Below, one piece after another: positions 10,676 to 19,711 of a stretch of DNA of 64,000 nucleotides. Under the pieces are notes generated by a model. It ran no database searches and was not told the DNA's origin. It saw only the letters and a program-made list of their open reading frames with translations. Location of the stretch: contig DASWRX010000316.1 of the NCBI GenBank assembly GCA_036402955.1, positions 4,996-68,995 of the forward strand, read 5' to 3'. A program made the position numbers and the translations under genes. The number at the start of each line of letters is the position of its first letter. The stretch's first letter is position 1. The stretch is from Thermoanaerobaculia bacterium (GTDB lineage Bacteria > Acidobacteriota > Thermoanaerobaculia > Multivoradales > UBA5704).

Positions 10676-13600
10676 TCAGAAACGCCGCTGCCACTGCGCG
10701 TCGACGGCGTAGGTGCCGTTGCCCACCTGGGTGAGCACCAGGGTGAGATTGTTGCGGACCCGCCATTCGACCTGGACGATGTACTGCTGAGTGGTCCCCG
10801 GCTCGCTCGCGTAGGTGACGAAGAGGTCCTTCGACAGCCGCTTGCCGACCGTGATGCCGACGCCACCGACGGGCTGGCCGCCCGCTTCGACCACGGGATC
10901 GATGCGGAAGCGGTCGAAGCGGAAGAGGGTGCCGACCCGCTTGGTGACAGCCGAGGCGGCCTGCCCGTAGAGGAACTCCCGCGCGAGCTGGGACGGAGCG
11001 GCCTGCTGCTCCGCCTGGGTCGGCGGCAGGGGGCTCTCGGTGGGCCGCTGGCTGCCCGCGATGAGAGAGAAGATCTCGAGGTCGGCCAAGTTGGCGTCCG
11101 ATGCCAGATGGATGTCCGGCCGCTCGAGCGTGCCGCCCAGGTTCAGCGTGATGTTGAAGCCCTGGACCTCGGTGGTGGCCACGAGGTCGATCACCGGATC
11201 GACCCGGTTGGGATTGCTGAAGGTGAGTTGCCCCCGCTGCACCTCGTACTGGTTGTCGTTGTAGACCAGAGTGCCGCCGGTGTCGAACTTGACGTTGCCG
11301 AAGAGGACCGGCCGCGCCAGGGTGCCGCGGACGGTCAAGTCCACGTCACCCTGGAGGTTGGCGACGTTGTTGCGGACGCGCAGAGCGTTGGGCCCCTGGA
11401 TCGCGATGTTGAGCTGGGTCGACGCCTGGAGGGTGTCGGTCTCGGCGAGCTGCAGGCGCTGACGCTGGAAGAGGCCCTGGACGAGTTGGAGCAGGTCGAC
11501 GTTGATGTCCTCCACGTACAGCGAGCGCTCGAGCCTCACCGTCCCGGCGATCAGGCGGCCCGAATCGGCCGAGATCAGCGACAGGCTGGCGTTGCCGCGG
11601 TTGTTGAGGAACTCGGGGAAGCGCGCGCTGACGTTGTCCGCCTGGACGGCGAAGTTGTAGGCGAGCTTGTGGTCGGGCCTGGGCAGGGTCATGGTGCCGG
11701 AGACCCGGAGCGCTCCCGTGTTCCCCAGCCGGGCGTGCGGCACCTCGACCGAGATCTGGTCGCGACTCAGGTAGAGGAAACCGTTGATGTCGTCGATCGA
11801 CTGGGCGAAGGAGGGCACGATCAGCCGTCCTCCCCGCACCTCCCCCTCGCCGCTCAGCGCGGGGTTGCTCAGGGTCCCGCGTACGGCGCCGAGAAGATCG
11901 ACGGCGCCTTCGACCCGGTAGTCGGCCGGCAGGACCAGCCCGGCCCAGGTGGCCGCGAGCGTGCTCTGGAACCGCAGGTCGAGCGGCGCGTTCCCTTGGA
12001 AGCCCACCGTGCCGCTGGCGACCAGCTCGTTCTCGGTCCCGGGCTCGGCCATATAGAAAGACTGGATGGTGGCGCGCTCCGGCGCCAGGGCCATCACGAC
12101 GGGCTCGCGGCTGGCGATCGTCCGCCCCTGGTATTGGAGCCGCAGGTCGGGGAGCCGGACGAGGGCATGCCAGGAACCAGCGCCGAAGTCCGCGGCGACG
12201 GTGGCGGTGCCCGCCAGGGAGCCGGTGAAGTCCGGCAGCGGCTGTGGCGAGAGGGCGCGCGCCAGGGTCCCCAATTGGTCGCTCCGCACGTCGACCGTCA
12301 GATCGGCGCCCTGGCGGTCGAGCCGGCCGTTCCCCTGGAAGGTGGCGAGCCCGAGGAGCGAACCGCGCACGTCCACCCGCCGGCCGTCCCAGGTGGCGAC
12401 GGCGCTGGTGTCGCTACCCTGCGGCCCTCCCAGCGGCCGGCCGCGCAACGCCAAGTCCCGGCCCTGCACCGAGAGGGTCCCCTGTGGCTGCTTCAGGGTT
12501 CCCGCGAGCGTGGCCTCGACGCTCATCCGGCCGGTGAGCTCACCGCTCAGATAGCGCAGGAACGGCTCGGCGCCGAGGGAGAGGGAAGCCCCTCGCGCGG
12601 TGAGGCTCAGGGCCTCGCTGGCCGGGTCGAAGCTGCCGTGCGCCAGGACGGTTCCGGCGGCGGTGTCCACCTGGGCCTGCTCGACGGTGATCCGGCCGCC
12701 GTCGAAGAAGATCGCCGCCCGCCCCTTGCCTAGCGGCACGCCGTAGGCCACCAGGCCCGAGACCGAGGCGTCGACGCGGCCGCTCAACCGGTTGGCGAAG
12801 CCCGCGAGGTCGACCCGGCCCGAGAGCTCGCCCTGGAACTGTTTCAGGAGGTCCGGCGACACCAGGTACGCCAGCCCCGCGGCCGGCCACTGCGCGGCGT
12901 CGATGGCGAGCGAGAGCGGCTGCGAGGCGACCTTGCGGCCGGTCTCCGCCAGCGGGATGCGGCCGGTGACCATCAGGGCGCCGTTGCCACGGGTCATCTC
13001 GAGCCGCAGGCCGTCGACCACCCGCGGGTTGAGGTTGAGCGAGCCGTGGACGGTGTCAGCCGCCGTCACCGGTGCCACGACGCCTTGGAGGTCGAGCTTC
13101 AGGGCCAGCGCATAGTCCTTGCGGGCGAACTCGATCGATCCCACGGCCGTGCCGTGCCCGGCCGTGGGGAGCCAGAAGGCGGGAGGTTCGCCCGGCTTCG
13201 GCGGCCCGAGGAGGATGGGGCCCAGGGGGCCCACGTCGCGGCTGGCGAGTTGGAAGTCGACTCGGCCGGAGCTGCGCTGGAGGTCGTAGGTGAAGCCGGG
13301 CGAGGTGACGTCCTGGCCAGGCATCGTCAGGTGGAGGTCGCGGCCGGAGATCACCCCACGGGTGAGGATTATGGGAAGATCCCCGGCGACCGCGATCCCG
13401 GTCTCGCTCGTCCCCCGGACGTGGAGGTTGGCCCGGCCGCTGCCGGCGAGTACGCGCTCGGTGTTGAACCGGTACTCGAAGGTGCCGCCCGCGCGGCCGG
13501 AGAGGCCGCTGGCGATGGGCAGCACCTCGCCGGGGAACTGGTCGGCGAGGAGGTCGTGGATCGAGAGATCGGCGAGGTCGAGGTCGAGAGAGACCGGCGT

Positions 13601-14785
13601 GCCTGGCCCCTTTTGCGTCGTGTCGACCGCGATCAGCCCCTTGAACGAGCCTTGCGCATAGCGGGCGCGCTCGACGTCGACGTCGACGCCGTCCGGCCCG
13701 CCGGTGAAGGAGCCCTTGACGTCCTGGATCACCCGGCCGGTGGCGGCGAAGCGGGGCGAGTTGGCGGTCCCCGCATAGCTCCAGCCCGTCGGCGTCCACA
13801 CGAAGTGGGCGCGGCCCGCCACCGGCCCGGCCAGCGGCAGGTCGGCGTAGCCCACCCGGTTGACCCACTGAACCGCGCCGTCGGCCTGGAGGTTCAGCTC
13901 GACCCGCCGGCTCGCCGGCCGGTAGTCGACGAAGCCGTTCACCCGCGCTGAGAGGTCCGGGCCGGCGAGGCGAACGTTGGCGATGCGGACCGTGCCGGAG
14001 TCCGGCAGCACGCTCGCCTTGACCGAGGCGGTGACCGCGTAGGGCTTGGCGCGCGGCAGGGTGGTGACCACGTCCTGCGCGGTCGCCAGCACGTCGATGC
14101 GGTTCCCCCCCTCGTCGTTGCGGTCGGCGCGGCCGATCGCGCGCGCCCATACCGCCCGGGCGTCGAGATGGAGCGGCGTCTGGCGCTCGTTGAGCCGCAG
14201 GACGCCGTCCTGGACCAGGATGCGCCCGATCCGGACGTCGAACCGCTTCGGGCCGCCGCTGGAGCCGAAGTGGAAGTTGGGCAGGTTGCTGGTGCCGTCG
14301 GGATTGAACTGAAGGTAGACCTCGGGACGCTCGACGTCGATCTGGTCGAGATCGAAGACCCTCCCCTCCAGATCGTGGACGGTCAGCCGGAGCCCCACGA
14401 ACGGAGCGCGGAGGACCGGCGGATCGGCCGGCCGGGGGCCGGGGATCACCACGTCGCGCAGCTCCACGGCGAGGGGGAAGAGGGTGTAGTCGATCGAGCC
14501 GATCCGGAGCGGTCGCCCCAGCACCTGGGAGAACTGGGCCACGGCCCGGCCCAGGATCTTCTCGCGCACGAGGCGGCTCTGGAGCAGGAACCACGAGCCC
14601 GCGACGAGGGCCACCACCAGCAGCAGGCCCCAGAAAAAGGGACGCACGACCCATCGCCGCACCCGGCCATGGCGCCGCCGGCGCGGCGCGGGGGGAGCCG
14701 GCTCCTGGGCCGCGGGCTCCACGGGAAGATCGGGCTCTCGCGGCTCGCTCACTCCCCGCCACCTCCGTCGCCGCCATCTCCCCAT
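10676..14785 (-). CDS. tamB: translocation and assembly module protein TamB (DUF490 C-terminus)
   Basis: N-terminal membrane anchor (FFWGLLLVVALVAGSWFLL), long beta-rich body, and a C-terminal TamB/DUF490 signature (...GGTLERPDIHLASD...). Trimmed from the 1636-aa ORF to ATG 14785; the upstream part is an Arg/Pro-rich frame overlapping nadK. Confidence 0.8.
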   Translation of the reverse strand: MGRWRRRRWRGVSEPREPDLPVEPAAQEPAPPAPRRRRHGRVRRWVVRPFFWGLLLVVALVAGSWFLLQSRLVREKILGRAVAQFSQVLGRPLRIGSIDYTLFPLAVELRDVVIPGPRPADPPVLRAPFVGLRLTVHDLEGRVFDLDQIDVERPEVYLQFNPDGTSNLPNFHFGSSGGPKRFDVRIGRILVQDGVLRLNERQTPLHLDARAVWARAIGRADRNDEGGNRIDVLATAQDVVTTLPRAKPYAVTASVKASVLPDSGTVRIANVRLAGPDLSARVNGFVDYRPASRRVELNLQADGAVQWVNRVGYADLPLAGPVAGRAHFVWTPTGWSYAGTANSPRFAATGRVIQDVKGSFTGGPDGVDVDVERARYAQGSFKGLIAVDTTQKGPGTPVSLDLDLADLSIHDLLADQFPGEVLPIASGLSGRAGGTFEYRFNTERVLAGSGRANLHVRGTSETGIAVAGDLPIILTRGVISGRDLHLTMPGQDVTSPGFTYDLQRSSGRVDFQLASRDVGPLGPILLGPPKPGEPPAFWLPTAGHGTAVGSIEFARKDYALALKLDLQGVVAPVTAADTVHGSLNLNPRVVDGLRLEMTRGNGALMVTGRIPLAETGRKVASQPLSLAIDAAQWPAAGLAYLVSPDLLKQFQGELSGRVDLAGFANRLSGRVDASVSGLVAYGVPLGKGRAAIFFDGGRITVEQAQVDTAAGTVLAHGSFDPASEALSLTARGASLSLGAEPFLRYLSGELTGRMSVEATLAGTLKQPQGTLSVQGRDLALRGRPLGGPQGSDTSAVATWDGRRVDVRGSLLGLATFQGNGRLDRQGADLTVDVRSDQLGTLARALSPQPLPDFTGSLAGTATVAADFGAGSWHALVRLPDLRLQYQGRTIASREPVVMALAPERATIQSFYMAEPGTENELVASGTVGFQGNAPLDLRFQSTLAATWAGLVLPADYRVEGAVDLLGAVRGTLSNPALSGEGEVRGGRLIVPSFAQSIDDINGFLYLSRDQISVEVPHARLGNTGALRVSGTMTLPRPDHKLAYNFAVQADNVSARFPEFLNNRGNASLSLISADSGRLIAGTVRLERSLYVEDINVDLLQLVQGLFQRQRLQLAETDTLQASTQLNIAIQGPNALRVRNNVANLQGDVDLTVRGTLARPVLFGNVKFDTGGTLVYNDNQYEVQRGQLTFSNPNRVDPVIDLVATTEVQGFNITLNLGGTLERPDIHLASDANLADLEIFSLIAGSQRPTESPLPPTQAEQQAAPSQLAREFLYGQAASAVTKRVGTLFRFDRFRIDPVVEAGGQPVGGVGITVGKRLSKDLFVTYASEPGTTQQYIVQVEWRVRNNLTLVLTQVGNGTYAVDAQWQRRF

Positions 14786-15675
14786 GGATCGCTCGCCGCG
14801 GAGGCGCCGGCGAGGCCGCCCCAGCGGAGCTTGCCACGCAGATTGTCGTAGAAGCTCCGCCCGCTGACCTTGGCGAGCCGCACCTTGGCGGCGGCGCGGG
14901 TGACGCGCACCGTATCGCGGAAGCCGAGCGAGGTCCCCTCCTGGCCGTCCAGCGTCAGGTAGACCTCCTCCGCCTGCGTCTCCAGCGTCACCTCGATCGG
15001 CCCGGCGTCGGGCACCACGATGGGGCGCAGCGACAGGGCGTGCGGGCAGATGGGCGTCAGCACCGCCACCGGCAGCAGCGGATCGAGGATCGGCCCGCCC
15101 GCCGAGAGGTTGTAGGCGGTCGAGCCGGTGGGGGTCGAAATGATCAGGCCGTCGGCGCGGAAGCGGGCGATCAGATGACCGTCCACCCGCAGCGTCAGCT
15201 CGACGATGCGGGCCAAGGCGCTCTTGGTGATCACCGCGTCGTTGAGCACCCGGAAGCGGGTGGGGGGGCCGCCGTCGCGCCGCAGCTCGACGTCGAAGAG
15301 CGAGCGCTCCTCGATCTCGAACCGTCCCTCCAGCACCTGGACGACGGCGGGGTACAGCTCGCCGCGGTTGATCTCGGTGAGGAAGCCGAGATTGCCCAGG
15401 TTGACCCCCAGGATCGGCACCCCGGGCCGCACCGTCCGCGCCACCGAGAGCAGCGTGCCGTCGCCGCCGAGCACCACCACTAGGTCGTAGGCGCCGCCGG
15501 GCTCGAAAGGAGGCTCGCCCCGCGCGCCGCGGGAGCGCAGGGTGGCCTCGTCGACCGCCGCTTCGAGGCCGCGGCGGCGCAACCACTCCGAGAGCTCGTA
15601 GGCGGTGTGCATGGCGTCGCGGCTCGCCGCCTTGGCCATGATGCCGACGCGCTGGAAGGCGGCCGGCGGGCTCAT
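14749..15675 (-). CDS. nadK: NAD(+) kinase
   Basis: GGDGTLL motif (VVVLGGDGTLLSVAR) and full-length PpnK similarity. The ATG overlaps the tlyA stop (ATGA). Confidence 0.85.
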   Translation of the reverse strand: MSPPAAFQRVGIMAKAASRDAMHTAYELSEWLRRRGLEAAVDEATLRSRGARGEPPFEPGGAYDLVVVLGGDGTLLSVARTVRPGVPILGVNLGNLGFLTEINRGELYPAVVQVLEGRFEIEERSLFDVELRRDGGPPTRFRVLNDAVITKSALARIVELTLRVDGHLIARFRADGLIISTPTGSTAYNLSAGGPILDPLLPVAVLTPICPHALSLRPIVVPDAGPIEVTLETQAEEVYLTLDGQEGTSLGFRDTVRVTRAAAKVRLAKVSGRSFYDNLRGKLRWGGLAGASAASDPWGDGGDGGGGE

Positions 15676-16448
15676 GCGTCGCTCCGCCGGAAGAGGGCGA
15701 AGGCCTCGCGGTTGCCGCCCGTGCCGGCCACCGGCGAATCGAAGACGCCGAGCGGCTCGAGCCCCAGCGTGGCGATCCCTCCGGCGCACTCGGCGATCAC
15801 CCGACGGCGGACCTCCTCGTCGCGCAGGATCCCCCCCTTGCCCACGGCGCCGCGGCCGGCCTCGAACTGCGGCTTGATCATCGGCAGCAGCAGCCCGCCG
15901 GCCGCGAGGTGCGGCAGCAGGGCGGGCACGACCTTGAGCAGCGAGATGAAGGAGACGTCGACGGTGATCAGGCCGCAGGGCTCCGGCAGCGCGTCCGGCG
16001 CGAGGTGGCGGGCGTTGAGCCGCTCCATCACCACCACCCGCGGGTCGTTGCGCAGCCGCAGGTCAAGCTGGCCGTAGCCCACGTCGACGGCGTAGACCCG
16101 CGTCGCGCCCCGCTGCAGCAGGCAGTCGGTGAAGCCCCCCGTAGAGGCGCCCACGTCGAGGCAGATCAGGCCCCTGGGATCGAGCCCGAAGTGGTCGAGC
16201 GCGTGGGCCAGCTTCCGCCCCGCCCGCGACACGAACGGCTCCTTCGGCGCCAGCACCTCGACGCGGGAGCCCCCGGAGACCGCGGTTCCCGGCTTGTCCA
16301 CCCGTCGCCCCTCCACCGCCACCGAGCCGGCCATGACGGCGCGCCGCGCCTGCTCGCGGCTGGGGAACAGCCCGCGATCCACCAGCAACTGATCCAGGCG
16401 CACGGCGGCCGGCTCCCGTCCTCGTTTGAGTTCGTCGCTCCGCGTCAA
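15672..16448 (-). CDS. tlyA: TlyA-family rRNA 2'-O-methyltransferase
   Basis: N-terminal S4 domain (RLDQLLVDRGL..SREQARRAV) plus an FtsJ-type methyltransferase (LDVGASTGGFTDCLL). The tlyA-nadK order is common. Confidence 0.85.
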   Translation of the reverse strand: MTRSDELKRGREPAAVRLDQLLVDRGLFPSREQARRAVMAGSVAVEGRRVDKPGTAVSGGSRVEVLAPKEPFVSRAGRKLAHALDHFGLDPRGLICLDVGASTGGFTDCLLQRGATRVYAVDVGYGQLDLRLRNDPRVVVMERLNARHLAPDALPEPCGLITVDVSFISLLKVVPALLPHLAAGGLLLPMIKPQFEAGRGAVGKGGILRDEEVRRRVIAECAGGIATLGLEPLGVFDSPVAGTGGNREAFALFRRSDA

Positions 16449-16524
16449 AACGGCTTCATTTCCAGGGCCGAGTCCCGTCCGGCGGGCGAACGTTGCAACG
16501 GGTGTGCCCGCGAGCCCCTATATA

Positions 16525-17577
16525 TCACTCACCCGCCGGGAGTTGCGCCGCCGGCTCATCGGCGTCGGCGACCCGCAGGCAGAAGGGGATCGCCAGCACC
16601 AGCAGGATCGGCTGCTGCACCTCGGTATCCCCCCAGTTGTTCTCGAACAGGCCCGCCAGGTTGAAGGCGAGGAGAGCCACCAGCACGCCGACGTAGAGGT
16701 CGGCCCGGGGGCCGCGGTGTCCCCCCTCGCGCACGAACCGCCGCCAGGCGAGGACGGCCGAGGCGAGGGTCAGCGCCAGGTAGGCGGCGAGCGACGGGAG
16801 CCCCCGCTCGGCCGCGATCTGCAGCCAACTGTTGTGCAGGTGGGGCACCTCGAACCGCGGCGCCGACAGCGGGCGGTAGATCCCGTAGCGCTCCCGCACC
16901 ATCTCGGGGCCGAGCCCGAACAGAGGGCGCTCCCCCACCATCCGCAGCCCGGCCTTCAGCATGCACAGGCGGTCGTAGTTCGAGGCGTCGCGCAGGTCGG
17001 CGATCGAGCCCACCCGGTGCAACACCGGCACCGGCGCCAGCACCACGAACAGCGCCGCCGCCGGCACGTAGGCGGGCAGCAGCCGCGGCGCGCGGATCAG
17101 CACCAGCACGGTCAGCGACAGGGCGAGGGCCACCCAGGCGTTGCGGGTGTAGGTGCCGAGGAGGGCGGCGTTGATCGCCGCCAGCGCCGCCCACCTCCAG
17201 GGGCTCCGCCACCGGCCGGCGTAGGTCATCGCGGCCAGCAGCAGCAGGTCGCTGATCAGCAGGAAGCCCGAGAAGGTCATGTAGTGCGAGAACGGGCCGC
17301 GGATGCGGCGGTTGATGTCGTTGTCCCCGAGGAGATACTGGGAGAGCCCCTCGCAGGCGAGCAGGGCCGCGAGCACGATCAGCACGCCCACCAGCACCCG
17401 CACCTGCCGCTCGCGGCGCACCAGCAGGGGGGCCATGAAGAGCGTCGACAGCGCGAAGAGATCCGACAGGCCGCGCAGGCTGGTCGCCGGGTCGTAGGAG
17501 GCGACGACCGAGCCCAGCAGCATCAGCACGTAGGCCCCCAGGGGAATCAGCATCGGCGCCAGCTCGCGCCAGGGCAC
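16525..17577 (-). CDS. O-antigen ligase (Wzy_C) family membrane protein; 5' end probably further upstream
   Basis: Polytopic membrane protein with a YTRNAWVAL-type Wzy_C segment. The frame stays open and hydrophobic upstream of the GTG at 17577 (see finding). Confidence 0.62.
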   Translation of the reverse strand: MPWRELAPMLIPLGAYVLMLLGSVVASYDPATSLRGLSDLFALSTLFMAPLLVRRERQVRVLVGVLIVLAALLACEGLSQYLLGDNDINRRIRGPFSHYMTFSGFLLISDLLLLAAMTYAGRWRSPWRWAALAAINAALLGTYTRNAWVALALSLTVLVLIRAPRLLPAYVPAAALFVVLAPVPVLHRVGSIADLRDASNYDRLCMLKAGLRMVGERPLFGLGPEMVRERYGIYRPLSAPRFEVPHLHNSWLQIAAERGLPSLAAYLALTLASAVLAWRRFVREGGHRGPRADLYVGVLVALLAFNLAGLFENNWGDTEVQQPILLVLAIPFCLRVADADEPAAQLPAGE

Positions 17578-17734
17578 GGGGCGGCGGCGCGCTAAAGGTA
17601 GGACGAGGAGCGTCAGGCCGAGCAGGATCTCGGAGGCGGCGATGCCGAACAGCGCCGCGAAGTGGGCCAGGTAGAGCCAGTAGCCGGCCCGCGCGGCGCG
17701 CGAATCGGATGCCTCGAAGAGCCCGGCGCGGTCT

Positions 17735-17986
17735 TCAGCGCCCGACGGCGGAGGCAGGGAGGGCCTCCTCGATGAGCATGATGGGGATGTCGGAGACGAT
17801 CGGATAGACCAGGCCGGAAGCGGCGCAGTAGAGCCCCTGCTCCACCACCGGCTCCTCGTCCCGGAAGTGCTCGCGGTACTTCTCCACCAGCGGCCCCCGC
17901 GCCTCGCGGGGGAGCTCGATCAGCTCCAGCTCGCCCTTCGACTTCGGGCAGACCAGAATCTCCAGAAGCTCCGGATCGACCGCCAT
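17735..17986 (-). CDS. Trm112-family small protein
   Basis: MAVDPELLEILVCPKSKGEL...YPIVSDIPIML is the Trm112/UPF0434 pattern. Trimmed from the 203-aa ORF. Confidence 0.75.
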   Translation of the reverse strand: MAVDPELLEILVCPKSKGELELIELPREARGPLVEKYREHFRDEEPVVEQGLYCAASGLVYPIVSDIPIMLIEEALPASAVGR

Positions 17987-18009
17987 GACGCGGGAGGATA
18001 GCACAGGCC

Positions 18010-18534
18010 TCACGGCCGGAAACCATAGGTGATGACCAGCGATTCGCTGCCGGGGTTGTGCACGTAGATGTGGGCGTTCGAGAGGTGGAACAGCAGCAGC
18101 CCGATCCGGCCGCGGTCGGCGAGCCGGCGCGACACCTCGATCCCGGAGCGGAACTCGACTGGGCCGCCGAGCTTGAACCCACGGCTGCCGTGGCTGTACA
18201 CGCCGGGCGCGAACTGGATGCTCAGCTCCCAGGCCGAGCTCAGAGGCATGTCGGCCCGCAGGCCGCCGTAGACGTAGAATGCCCCTTGAGAATTGACCAT
18301 CGCGCCGGTCACCGGCGACAGCTCCGGGATGAAGCGCGGGAGCCATGTGAACCGGTGGCGGCTGAAACGCACCTCCCCGCCCACCTCGGGGCGCGTGGCC
18401 GAGCGGAGATTGAAGGCGCCGGCGCTGACCGTGACGGCGGCGGGCTCCACGGCGCGGGCGGGCGGGGCCGCGAGCAACCCGGCCAGGGCGAGGAACGGAA
18501 CGAGCAGGAGGAGCGGAGTCGGCGAGGATCTCAT
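18010..18534 (-). CDS. PagL-like lipid A deacylase / acyloxyacyl hydrolase (outer membrane)
   Basis: Signal peptide, small beta-barrel-like sequence, and C-terminal FHLSNAH...NPGSES (HxSN catalytic-type motif). Trimmed to ATG 18534. Confidence 0.6.
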   Translation of the reverse strand: MRSSPTPLLLLVPFLALAGLLAAPPARAVEPAAVTVSAGAFNLRSATRPEVGGEVRFSRHRFTWLPRFIPELSPVTGAMVNSQGAFYVYGGLRADMPLSSAWELSIQFAPGVYSHGSRGFKLGGPVEFRSGIEVSRRLADRGRIGLLLFHLSNAHIYVHNPGSESLVITYGFRP

Positions 18535-18639
18535 GCGCTCGGGATATAGCACTGGAGGAGCCCCCGGCTCAACCCGTCCGTCGATTAAGATACCCCGCAT
18601 GCGACCGCCCTCGCCCAGGGATCCGGACGCCCCCGCGCC

Positions 18640-19488
18640 GTGACCGCACCCGAGATCTCCATCGTCATCCCGGTCTACAACGAGGAAGAGAGCCTGCCGC
18701 TCCTGGCCGCCGAGATTCAGGGAGCGATGCGGCCGCTGGGGCTCTCCTATGAGGTGATCTGCGTCGACGACGGCAGCACCGACGGCAGCGCCGGGGTGCT
18801 GCGGCGGCTGGCCCGCGAGGATCCGACCGTCCGCGTCCTCCACCAGCGGCGCAACGCGGGGCAGTCGGCGGCGCTCGACGCCGGCTTCCGCTTCGCCCGC
18901 GGCGGCATCGTGGTCACCCTCGACGCCGACCTCCAGAATGACCCGGCCGACATCCCGCGGCTCCTCGCGCTGATGGACGACTGGGACGTGGTGAGCGGCG
19001 TGCGCACCCACCGGCAGGACTCCTGGCTGCGCCGGGCCTCCTCCCAGGTCGCCAACCGGGTGCGCAACCGCCTCACCCACGACGCGGTCACCGACGTCGG
19101 CTGCAGCCTGCGCGCCTGCCGCGCCGAGGTCCTGCGGCGCGTGCCGATGTTCGCCGGCATGCACCGCTTCCTCCCTACCCTGCTCAAGATGCAGGGCGCG
19201 CGCGCCACCGAGATCCCCGTCCACCACCGGCTACGGCTCCACGGCCAACCCAAGTACAACATCAGCAACCGGCTCTGGCGGGCCCTGGCGGACCTATTCG
19301 CGGTGCGCTGGATGCAGAAACGCTGGATCGACCCCCGCCTGACCGAGGAGATCGACGTTTGGGAGACCACATCTGGATCGCCATCGGCTTCGTCGGCCAA
19401 GCCTTCTTCTTCGGCCGCTTCTTCGTCCAGTGGATCGCCTCCGAACGGCGCCGGCAGAGCGTCGTCCCGCGGTCCTTCTGGTACCTGA
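18640..19488 (+). CDS. family 2 glycosyltransferase, polyprenol-phosphate (ArnC/DPM1-like) type
   Basis: SIVIPVYNEE, VCVDDGSTDGS, LDADLQNDP. The last ~43 codons are a Ser/Ala-rich tail overlapping the next gene, so the true stop region is uncertain. Confidence 0.78.
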   Translation: MTAPEISIVIPVYNEEESLPLLAAEIQGAMRPLGLSYEVICVDDGSTDGSAGVLRRLAREDPTVRVLHQRRNAGQSAALDAGFRFARGGIVVTLDADLQNDPADIPRLLALMDDWDVVSGVRTHRQDSWLRRASSQVANRVRNRLTHDAVTDVGCSLRACRAEVLRRVPMFAGMHRFLPTLLKMQGARATEIPVHHRLRLHGQPKYNISNRLWRALADLFAVRWMQKRWIDPRLTEEIDVWETTSGSPSASSAKPSSSAASSSSGSPPNGAGRASSRGPSGT

Positions 19489-19634
19489 GCCTCGGCGGCG
19501 GCGCCGTGCTGCTCGCCTACGCCATCCACAAGCGGGACCCGGTGTTCATCGCCGGCCAGGCCACCGGCTTCCTGATCTACACCCGCAACCTCTGGCTCAT
19601 TCACCGCCCGGGAGCCGCCGCGCCTAGCGACTGA
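19359..19634 (+). CDS. lipid-A-disaccharide synthase N-terminal-domain small membrane protein
   Basis: IAIGFVGQAFFFGRFFVQWIASE is the LAB_N family signature. TTG start lies 7 nt after GAGGAG. Confidence 0.7.
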   Translation: MGDHIWIAIGFVGQAFFFGRFFVQWIASERRRQSVVPRSFWYLSLGGGAVLLAYAIHKRDPVFIAGQATGFLIYTRNLWLIHRPGAAAPSD

Positions 19635-19711
19635 CTGTGTTGCTGATCTAGTACACCAGTGATACACTCCTCTTCGACAAGGAACACCCTCTCGAAAGGA
19701 GCGCAGCGCAC

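Noticed and set aside
14786-15586. N-terminal 267-codon extension of tamB in the ORF track
   Set aside because: It overlaps almost all of nadK in another frame and is Arg/Pro/Gly-rich. The TamB membrane anchor follows the internal ATG at 14785.
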